Shown piece after piece: positions 13,856 through 24,950 of a DNA stretch of 64,000 nucleotides (positions are counted from its first letter, which is position 1; every line of letters starts with the position of its first letter). Source of the stretch: Saccostrea echinata (Eukaryota); assembly GCF_033153115.1 (NCBI RefSeq), contig NW_026889774.1:10850001-10914000 (forward strand), in the 5' to 3' direction. The position numbers were made by a program, and so were the translations under genes. The notes beneath the pieces are model-generated. The model saw nothing but the letters and a program-made list of their open reading frames with translations. It had not been told where the DNA came from and searched no databases.

Positions 13856-15832
13856 GTTCATGTTGTTTATAAACTAAGTATGTAGACCCATAGTTATTCA
13901 TGATGTGTCGATTTCTCTGTGTTCGTTAAAACGAGGGGAAACTGTACTGCATATATACTAATTGCTAATTTTTATCCTTTATTATTTTAAACTTTTTAAA
14001 AAGATAAAAAGTAAAAATAACATTGTAAAATTGAATTCTGGGAGAAAATTGATTGTTCGGGACTAATTTAAAATCGACTGAATGTCACATTCTATATACG
14101 ACTTCGGCTTCGATTACAGCTTCCTTTTTTTTTCGGAGAGTTCATTTTCGTTTTGCTTTAAAATCAAATATATATTTTTTCACTATAACCTTCTACAAAT
14201 ATTCAAAAAATTTCCCCTCCTCTTTAATATGAATGTTCCATTGAAGAATTTCAAAGCATGTATCAGATCATGACCTAAAAAAATCAAAGTACTAGAAATA
14301 CTTGAAACATGCTTGAATTTAAGATTTGTATACAGACACCGAAGGTATGGATATGCACTAGTTAACAAAAATGTAAAAATAAAAAAAAATTCCAATAATA
14401 AGATGACTAGAGCTCACGATCCGTGTCCACGATTTGTCCAAAATAACCGTAGTAACATGATGAATAGCCGACATTTTTATGGCGTTGGTTACTTTCTCGC
14501 AGTAAATGAAACATATGCCGTCTCCATAAACGACGTTTGAACTGTTGTGCAAAGAGTACATTTTCGGAGATAAAAAACACATATAAGATGGCACGACAGT
14601 AGAGACGAAAATGTGAAGTGTTATGGTGGAATATTCTTCATTCCACAATAAGTATGAATAAATTAGCTACACATCTAAAGAATTGCCTGTTTTGCTTCTC
14701 TTGGTAGATCATGTAACAGACGAAAACAATAATTTAAAAGAGATTTCAAGCATTTAATGAGCTTATTTAGCTTGAAAAAAAATAACTTAAAGAACATGAA
14801 ATAATCGATTTTAAAAGAGAAAAGTTCGTTTTTTTCTAGTGTTTATTTATTTATTGTTTTCTTTAAAAAGAATTTTTGAGTGTTTGAATTATGAAACTAT
14901 AATGAGAACGGGGCTGAGACTAATGGGGGGAGGGGGGGTTAATGTTAATTATCTTTTCTTTCTGTATCGTTCTCTTATTTTAAAAAAATCAATATGAATA
15001 TTCTATTTGTAATCTGGAAGGTAATAGATATCTCAAAACCTATTATCTTTGCTTTTTTCTTTCTGATTATATATTTCTCTCCTTAAAAATTCTTAAACAG
15101 CAAATTTTCATATACGAATCTTTATCAAAAATGAAGAGTTCGCTTATACTCGAATTACAGTCTGCCAAATCTGAAAACTCTTTTCTCCGAAAACGGGGAA
15201 GAAAGAAGCAAACGAACAAAGTACAATTTGATTACCTTATCTTTTTTCAGACCCCCAAAGGTACAGTTTCTTGCAAAAGTTCCACTGAAGTAAAATCAGA
15301 AGGATATGAAAAATCAAATCATGGAGGCAACTTGTTGAATGGTCATAGGATTTCATTATCTATATATACAGGATTATATATACATTTTCAAGGAAACCTA
15401 TTTCCGCTGCATGATGGTGGTAACATTTCAAAGAATATTGAGTAACATACACCACGGTAAAGTCGGCATCCGAAAGAGACTTTTCATTCTGTATGTGCAA
15501 ATGACGTGAATGACAGTGTGTGTCGTGAGTGTAGGTCCAATCATTTTCATCTTCACCCAGTTCCTGTTTATTCGTATTATTTCCCCTTCCGGGAAGAATC
15601 TATTATTGAATGCGTTTTCTGAGAGTATGGATATTCTTAATAACTCAACTAATACAAGTTGAAGTAATTTTTACGTTACAAATTAAAAAAAAAAGTCTTG
15701 ACTTCATCATGCTTTTTTATTGCCATAAATGATATAAAACATTTATCAAATATTCGTACTCTATGCCAAATAAATTATGTATGTTTTTGTTATATATTGT
15801 GTCATTCTTTTTTCCCGCGATCATCACATTTT

Positions 15833-15910
15833 ATCGTCGCAAGCCACGGGTGTTGTGTCCATTCAATTTCCGCAAACAGATTGGACACAAAACCCGTGGC
15901 TTGCGACAAT
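15833..15910. repeat. Isolated 29-bp inverted repeat (hairpin or mini-MITE)
   Basis: ATCGTCGCAAGCCACGGGTGTTGTGTCCA pairs with TGGACACAAAACCCGTGGCTTGCGACAAT (2 mismatches) around a 20-nt loop. Confidence 0.85.
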
Positions 15911-18201
15911 GACTAGTAATTGAAAATTAATTGTCATTTAATTAGTTTTTGAAAATCGTTTTGTTTTATTAGTCAGTATGTTTTACTAATGATACAAATT
16001 ATGCCATGTGATGTATACACGTATTATAAAGTCTTCTTACGCGATATATAGGCCCAAGTGGGGTGTTTGTCTTTAATAATTATAAACACGTCACTCATGG
16101 TAAATAAACACTACATCCTTTATGGATAGTAGCGTCATCTACTGATTTTAGAAAAAAAAAATTCTTATAGAAAAATAAAGTTGAATTCAGATATATCATG
16201 ACAATATTATATCATTTGTTGATTTTGTACCATTAGTGGTACATGACCCTAACCCCCCCCCCCTCTTCCCCTTCATAAATTATACACGTGAATTGACGTA
16301 AAGAACAACATATGCTAATTCTCAATTCCCGCCTACATTTTACACCCAAATAGCAATTTGGCCAATAAATCTTGTTTGAATGCAAAGAAGAGTTTATATA
16401 AGTAATTGATTAATAATTTTAAAACCAGTGCCAAAACGTTAATTGCTCCTACTTACAACTCTTTTCAAAAAGGGGTTGAATATTTTATTAATTGATATCG
16501 GGCTTTAAAACATCGCCAGATTTTCAAATACTCGTGGAAATGGATAAATGACACTAAACTCTTTCTGTATGTTTAATTTATGTAAAATTCAACATACATG
16601 TATAAGATTGAAAAAGGTTCATTTTTTAATTTTTTAATTCATATGAAATTAATAATAAAATAACCAGTTTTGCAGTTGTCTGTCTGAATACATTCCCCCC
16701 TCCCCCCTGAAACAAAAAAAGCTTTGGTATGAATTTGCGAAATAACAATACATAATACCTGTGAAAAGGAATTGGGGGGGGGGGGTAAAAATATTTCCCG
16801 TTTTCCGTTCATTTCTATAGCGTTTTACCAAAATTATGGAGTTATCTCTCTTTGTTTTCCCAAATAAGTTATGTTTATTTATAAATATGAAAAATCATTC
16901 AAATATGTTAAAGTTTGAAAATTGACTTGGAGGTAGGCGACAGAACAATACTATCGTTCGCAGTTCTTCCATGAACTTGAGTACAGGGCTTTTGATAAAT
17001 AGATCTAGGGTATAGGTTCGTGCATGTCTTGTATATGTCAGTTATGATACACCCAAGGCCCAGTAATGTAGTCTGCATTGTCCCGTTGGTGTCTGAAGTC
17101 TCTGACGTCCAAAGGTAAGATCCTCGTATCTTAGCTTTCAAACCTCTTTCCACTTTCCGCACAAATTATATATATGAAGTATGTAAGAAGGTAAGAAGAC
17201 CAGTGCCTCAAATAAAAAATATCAAAATCCAAGGTAAAAATCTGTTACATGTACACGTAGTTGTTTCATTTTGTTTTAATATGGAACATAAATTTCGGTG
17301 TATTATCAATATACATGTATTTGAAAAAAAAGGTGCACAAATGTATTTCATCTTCTTAGTTCAAGATATGCCTAATCTGATAATTCCAAACAGAGGATAG
17401 ACTTATGTCAAATTAGTATAACTTTTGAAATACTTCTGAAAATAAAGGAAAATTTCCATTATGTTTTTTCATTTGAATAATATACAAACTTGAAGTTTTT
17501 AAACATGTTTGTCAAGGTACTAGTATTGAAAATCTAAATGTTGACTTCAGTCTGTTCCCAGTTTATGTTCTTGGGGCCTGTATTTTGGCAGGTTGGCAGG
17601 CGAGAAATAAATTAATAGAAATTTTCGTTTAAAGAAAATGATCAGGAGCCGTAACGATTTTCATGTATATTGCAATTCCTCGACTTTTCTCATGTAAGAT
17701 GCATTTAACCATTTTTTTTTTACTCTTTCAATCATTTAGATTACTTAATATTACTTTCCCAATCATTTAAATTACTTAGTATTTTAGAAATATATTTCTT
17801 ATTGTAAACGTCGTAGGGTTATTTTCTATCGGCAAATTTCACCTCGGACGATGTTTGTCGAAGTTCAAAAATAAATAAATCTTGCGCAAAAAGGGATCAA
17901 TATGTAATGTGTATGTATTGAACATTTTTCTTAAATACATGCATACAATGTATATGAATGTTAATTAATGTGGAAAAATTACGGGTGCTGTACCTGCATA
18001 GCGAAATAAGTAGATGTAGTTCGTCGGAAACACGAATACAAAAACAAATTTAATGTTTTTAGAGATGAACAAATATAATGTTTTTAGAGATAAATTTAAC
18101 AAGACACAGTATATATCTTAATCTTGAAACCAGAATGAAGATTCAAGCCTGCTGAGCCGTTAGTCATGATTATTCTTTCTATAAAAGAATATGATAACAA
18201 A

Positions 18202-18536
18202 ACCAGGCACGTAGTATCGGGGGGGGGGGGGGGGGCTTTTTTCCAAACGTAACCTTTTACCGTTGAAAATGTTCATTGAGAGGGCGGTCCGCCCCCCCCC
18301 CCCCTTTGTTGCAGCATACAGTCAAAGCGTTCCACGGTAATGTATTAAAAATAATTTATAAGGGAAAGGTTAGAATGATCTAACCCACCCCCTCCCACAC
18401 ACACATTCAAGTTCTGGACAATTTAATTACCGCTCCCCCTTTTTTCTTGTTTGTCAAAGATTTCTCAGGGAAGTTGTCAAATACTTTTTTCTGGCTGCCC
18501 CCCTCCCCACTTTCCAAAACGATACTTCGTGCCTGG
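18202..18536. mobile_element. MITE, hAT-like, with poly-G/poly-C subterminal tracts
   Basis: TIRs CCAGGCACGTAGTATCG and CGATACTTCGTGCCTGG. Flanks TAACAAAA and ATACAAAA form an imperfect 8-bp TSD. Confidence 0.7.
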
Positions 18537-20508
18537 ATACAAAAAAGTTATCATCGGTAGATATAATCCAGAAAACGCCTCATCTTAATAATTTTCATAG
18601 CATGCTGTATCATGGAATCAATGAGGGATAAAAAAAAATAATGTAATGGGATGCGAAGGGTAGCGTTATGGCTCTATCTGTTATTTGGGGAAACATTTTC
18701 GTCGTCCCTGACGTCGACAAGTCACAGCCATTGTCATGTTTCTGGAAAGGGGTGCAGGGGAGGGTCTGGGAGGGGTACCCCTTATTTGAGCTAGATTTTT
18801 TTTTATATAAATGAAAACCACTTTGGTTGGTTCTGGTGACTTCTTTTGTTTTAAATGTTCTCACATAGTCCATGAATAAAGTTTAGCAACGTTAAATAGA
18901 TGAATATTAAATGATTTTATTTTGTTTCAAAATTAATATTCTTGGGTTGTTATTTTTTTTTTTTCTAGAGGACGTTCGATCCTAGTCATTGCACCCTCGT
19001 CCTGAAGGTTTTTGAATTCATATGATGTATCAAAAGAATCGGAAACAATCAAGTAGTGTACCATGTTACAGCCAAAGCAATGTACTCTGAGAATGTTCAA
19101 CTTCTGGTGTATCCAACAAAAGCTGCATTTTTGGGAGGGAAAGAGTGCACATCTCATTGAAACGGGTATAAAAGAAATAGGTTCAATCATAAAATTATCA
19201 GTTTTGTGGCCTTAGGTTAAAATTGAACTGGTATGCTTTAAACGTCAGGTAAACTGGTGAAGCCCCCACCCCACACATTTAACTAAATTATTGAACTTAA
19301 TTTTGGCCTGTAGCAATGCAGTGATTAGTGTAACGCCCATCCTAAAACAAAAAAAATGAGTGATTAATGTCAATCCATAGACCAGATTATGTTGTGAATC
19401 TGGACAAACCCGCATACATTGTTAACGTAATTCAATGCAAATTCAATTGATAACAAACAAAAAGAGTTTTGCTATTTTAATACAATTACAATACAATATA
19501 CTGGACTGTAACATAATCAGCACATACAATATTAATGCATGACAACAGATGTACTTTTCACAATGGAAAAAAATATTTTGACGTGACCTTGAAATCATTA
19601 TCTATCAACAATGCAAGAGAGTAATATTTAATATAAATATTTTTAGGGATAGCACAGGATAAAGTTACATCTTTCCACCAACTTTTGAACAACTCATAAT
19701 TGAAAGAAATATGTAATTATTAAAATAAGTAAATTAAAAAAAAGAACATTAAATATCAACCTATCATATTATTTGCTTGACCTGTATTACCGGTACATTA
19801 TTTTGTATTTTAAACAGTATCGGCCCTATTCTTTAGGTTTGACTTGTCATCTCAATAGGTAAGTTAGAGGAAGGGGATTTCTTATTGGTATTAGCAAATG
19901 CTAAAGATTAATTATTCATTTGTTAGTTTTTGTAGCACGATTGTCTGTGCTGTTAAAGGACTAATACATCCTAGGCAAATCTGTACATTTTAGGGAGTAT
20001 CACGTTTCTTCTGATAAAACAAAGCCTTTAATGAAATAATGCATAGACTTAACTTATATTTCAGTGAGCATTTTGCAAACAAACTACCTTTTCTTAATCT
20101 TTAAATTTAAACCATCTTTCTCAAACTTTAAAATTTTCAGCAAAAAAAATCCATTTCCTAAATTTCTGGTATTAAAGTCATTTTATGTAGAAAGTAATGT
20201 GAGCAAAAGCAAGTGAGACAATTGTTGCCAAACAGTCCAAATTTTGAATGAGCTTGACTAACCTCCAATTATATCATTAGGAAAATGATCAGCCATGAAA
20301 ACAATCAAAATGTCTCCCTTCAAAATATAACAAAAGCCTCACTATAACTGAGGCACTCTTAACTGATAAAAAAAGGACTATCATACAATAGCAAAAAAAA
20401 AAAAAATTGCCATGTGTTTATATCCAAGCAATAGCTTAACTGTCATCAATATACAACAAGTCTCCAAGAACCTGCAATGAAGCTGACCATGCTGTGAAAG
20501 TGTTTTCC

Positions 20509-23500
20509 TCAGAAATATCTTCCTGGATGTTGACCACTCATGTGATGCTGGGGTCTGGACTGGTTGGTGTAATTTGGCTAGGACAGATAAATTAAACAAT
20601 TAAAAATTACTTGGTCAGTTATCATCAAATTTGATATAAAATGCAGTAAATATAAAATACGAACACAACTTTGCATTGCTCTTCATTTCAAGTCTTCTAT
20701 ATGACTCAAGATATACTTTGACAGTATGATGGTCTATGTGGACAATGTATATGTACATCTCAAGTAAAAATTTACATGATTTTCAAATTTTTGCAAATTA
20801 TGTTACTAATAACTCAGGAACCTTGAGAATCTGTAACTGTCAAGAATATCATGAAAAGACAATATATGCTGCTTATATAGGAGTGCTCTATGACTGATAG
20901 ACAGATTTTATCTTTCAAGGGTTATAGTAAACTTTCCAGGCACCAAGTTCACGTGACTGTGGTTACATGTACCCACTGTGTTTCTTCAATCTTCATACAA
21001 AATATGATTCAATATATACTATGAGTCACCACAATTCAGCAATATAGCAAAGATGAACACACAAATTACACAACGGTGTACATGTACATGTACCAGATAC
21101 TGACTCCAGAGAATCTTCACCACATCAGTGTAAAATTCAAAGTCATTAAAGTCAACAGCTGCTGATACTAACCTGATTTATATTAGGGGGCTGGTACTGG
21201 GTGGTGGAGTTAGGGGTCTGGCCCCTGGCAGCATAGCCTGTCACAATACTGCCCTGAAAAGCAAATTACATGTATATCAATTTTATTTGGGTAATCTTAA
21301 GCTAATGCCATGATATGTACTGGTATACATAGCTTTATTTATAGGAGTTTTATTGTTGCCAGCAAGATTTTCTAGGGATAAAAAATCCTAGAAAAATAAC
21401 CCCTTATATATTATGCAAATAAATGGGAGCCTTTACATAAAATCTTACCTTGGACTGCTGTTGCTGTTGTTGCATTTGCAGGGACTGGTGCATAATAGGT
21501 TGCTGTCCTGGCATTGGAGCAACACCTCTGATGGCTGATCCCTGCTAAAAATATTAAAAGATAATTCACTCACTTTATCTAAGAAAGAGAGACTGAACTG
21601 AATAATCATATCTTTATAAACAATAATTATGGGGGGGGGGGGGGGGAATGCATTACACAACATATACAATCAACATAAATATGAAAAACTTTTTTTCCAG
21701 TTGTGAGAACCATCCATGTAGAACACATACTTGTTGTAATTTATATTTTTCTTCATTAAAACCTGACTGCTGATTGGCATGTTCAAGTTGTTTCTGCAGG
21801 GGGATATTTGAGCCATGTTGAGTAGCTATATAACCTGAAATGGAGAAAAAAAAATGCTAAGAATGATTCATTGATACAAATTCATTTTCCTTCATACCTA
21901 TTTCAAATACTTGTAATGCTACTGACAGGATATTAAATGGAATTTTTGTCTGGTCACAAATGTTCTACAAAAATACACAATTAATTGGAAGTTCATGGTC
22001 AGAAATATACGTGAGAATCAAAAGGTTGAGGAAGTAGCAGATATCACTCATGCATGAATAAAAATTGGTTTACAGTAATCAACTCCAGATCTGTTAGAGT
22101 GTTCGCACCTGGTTGCTGCATCCGGTAACCTGGGTAACCAGATTCTTGAAGCTGCTTGGATTGCTGATGTGCGTATGGATTTGAGTATGATGAGAATGCA
22201 GACTGTCCCCCAGGATTGTACTTGACCGGAGACTTACTAGGGACGTACCCTGCCTGCTGATAGGCATGACTAGAGGCTGACTGATTGGGGTAGACAGGTC
22301 CGGCCTGGGTCTGAGGGAAGTTAGATTGCTGTTCTGTAAAAAAGCAAACAAAAACCTTGCTGGAATAGCATGGTGGAGCCAATAAAGCCATACAGAGCAG
22401 GGATTTTAATTGTGTTGAAATTCTATAGAAAGAACAAAATCTTATAATGCTTTGGTTCCATTTTCGATTTTGTTCAAAGTATAAAATCAAACAAGTACTT
22501 GAACGTGCAGAAAAAAATCCTTTGATTTGCTCCCAAGGTTGTTTAATACATATCTTTTTCTTGATTTAATTCTTGTGTTTTGGAGTGTTTTATTTCTTCC
22601 TTTTTTTGGGGGGTGGGGGGTGGGGGGGGGGGGAGAGAAATCAACGTACTGTAATCCGGTTGTGTGGAGTGGGGATAAGGGTGTGTTTTCTCTACAGCCA
22701 TCATTTTATTGCTGTACTGGTACGACTGAGAGGGAGGAGGAGAGGGGCTCCGTCCTCTTTTCATGCTCACTTGCTGTAAAAGGTAAAAAAATATTTTGAT
22801 CATTTGATTGAATGGTGTTTAAATTCAAACCTGAAACAAATGCCAGATCCTGGTAAATTCTACTTTCAATTTTTTAAAATATTTTATTGAAAATTAGACC
22901 TCATTGTCTGCTATATTCAATCTTAAAAATAGAGATATTAAATTGCACTATTATTTACAACCCAAAGAAAATGGTGTTATGAGAACAATTTGCTAAAACT
23001 GCTTTTCTTTGTATGCAAAACTTCATCCTCTGAAGCAATTTGTTATTCTGTACAAGTGTACCTGAACCATGGTTGGCTGGGGTGGTCTATATAACATAGG
23101 ACGGCCAGACATGGCATGAGGCAGCCCCAGTACTGTACTGTGCTGCATAATCTGCAACTCACTGCAAAAAACAAATTAAGTATACTGTATCTAATCAATT
23201 TGTTTATCAAAAGAATTGAAAAGGATTTTTTTATCGTATACAAAAAACTGGCAAGAGTGTCCTTAGGCATTTACTCTCCCTATCCCCAGGCCCTTATAAT
23301 ATTTGAGTATCTATTCTTAAATGAAAATGTTGGCAGTAACCCCATACATTCATTACCTTTGTTCTTTCAGTTGAGCTTTTTTACGACTCTCATCTTCTTG
23401 ATGCAGAACTTTCTTCAGCTGTGAGAATAATTCATGCTTCTCTGTTTTGAGTTCTTCCATCTTCTTGTCAAGTTGGGCAATCTTAAGTTAAAAAAAAAAT

Positions 23501-24022
23501 ACATACTTTCTTACTAATGATCGTTTGATGAAAAATTTCTTTCAATATATAGTCTAGATGAACTTCAATTGCAGTTGCCTTTAATAAACATCATCATTTC
23601 ATTTAAATATGCAAATGGATCAAAAAACATGCAAATTAGCTACTTATAATACCTGTTCTTTTGTTTGTTCCAGAGTTAAACTGTCCTCTTGTTCTTTCTT
23701 CTTCCTAATCTCTTCTTCTTTCTTCAATCTTTCCATCATTATTGCATCTTGTTCTTGTGCTGCATGTCAAACCAATTATTGAAAGATTTTTGAAATGATA
23801 CTTATAGATAAAAAAAACTTAAATTGGAATCATTCTTGTTCTTCTGTTACAGAATATAGAATATATACTTGATGTAATGTTTATGTTTTTCATTATAAAC
23901 ATCTGTTTCACTTTTAATACATTACCTTGTTTTTTCCTTTCTCTTTCCTTCATTATATGTCTTTTCAAGGCCTGGTACATTGTCTTTGTCATTTTTGGTC
24001 GGTCAATGAGTGCCCCAGGCAT
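20509..24022 (-). CDS. GPS2: G protein pathway suppressor 2 (NCoR/SMRT-HDAC3 complex subunit)
   Basis: Exons: 24022-23926, 23759-23653, 23481-23357, 23161-23062, 22773-22650, 22333-22109, 21834-21731, 21544(or 21541)-21449, 21253-21173, 20577-20509, all GT-AG and phase-consistent. MPGALIDRPKMTKTMYQALKRHIMKERERKKQ..LTLEQTKEQIAQLDKKMEELKTEKHELFSQLKKVLHQED and LQKQLEHANQQSGF match vertebrate GPS2 as I recall it. Confidence 0.93.
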
Positions 24023-24133
24023 GATTAAACGTTTAGTTTATAAGTTCTAAAAAAGAAAACAGAATCTTGGTTTCAGCAAGACTGATGTGTAAATTTATGA
24101 AATTCCTACTTTCAACATTTGAGTAAGAAGAAC

Positions 24134-24481
24134 CAGGGGTTGAAATATATGGTAGCCCGACATCCAGGGCTAGTGTTTTAAGACTCGGGCTAGCTAACTC
24201 AAATGTAATGATAGTCTGTTGGACTAGCAGTCCGGAAAAAAATTGTCACTTTACTTTCGTTTTCTATGTAGACTGGTTTCTAGTTTGTTTCTATCACAAA
24301 GCATTTTGAAAGCATGCCAAGCGAATATATATTTGCATGATAAAGCATTTTAATCACATTAGTCAATGTTGAGTAAACAAACAGTGTTGTTGGGCTAGTT
24401 AGTTTGAGGTTTGGGCTAGTAATTTTTTCTTGATGAGTAGCCCCTAAGCTAATGAGTTTTCCAGGAAAATTTTAACCCCTG
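24134..24481. mobile_element. hAT-like MITE in the GPS2 5'UTR intron
   Basis: TIRs CAGGGGTTGAAAT and ATTTTAACCCCTG, internal GGGCTAG repeats, and a flanking direct repeat AAGAAC (6 bp). Confidence 0.8.
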
Positions 24482-24819
24482 AAGAACTCAATCATTCCTA
24501 ATGCCTGAGTGTCAGATTTTTTTCTTTATTTCCTGTGCATGTCCTGAAAAAATGTGACTGACTATATTATTGAATTCACTTCAAAAATAACCCCAAAGAG
24601 ATAAGTTACAATGTGGTGATTACTCAAACATCAATATTATAGAACTTAAAAATAAATCAAAATGACGAGGAAATTCGAACTTACACTTTCTTGATTTAAT
24701 TTTGATCAAAATAGCGATTAAATATTTTCATTATCCAGTTCTTATAGATAAATTATTTAATTATTTAATAAAAGAATTTGTTATTAGTCATCAATGTTCA
24801 GTGTCAGTGCAAATTTCTA

Positions 24820-24950
24820 TCAATATTTACCTTCCCGATCTAGAAAAATTACTTTGGAACTCTTCTGTAAAGGAAATTAAATTATTAATTCAACATGGCG
24901 GAAAAAAGAAAAGCATAATTACAATAGAAACGTTATCCCTTGTGTTTGTA
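24820..24950. promoter_or_regulatory. Putative bidirectional promoter between GPS2 and CCDC84
   Basis: A minus-strand 5'UTR donor AAG|GTAAAT lies at 24831/24830, with a matching acceptor near 24047 just before the GPS2 ATG. The CCDC84 ATG is at 24951. A YY1-like AACATGGCGG motif is at 24892-24901. Confidence 0.6.
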
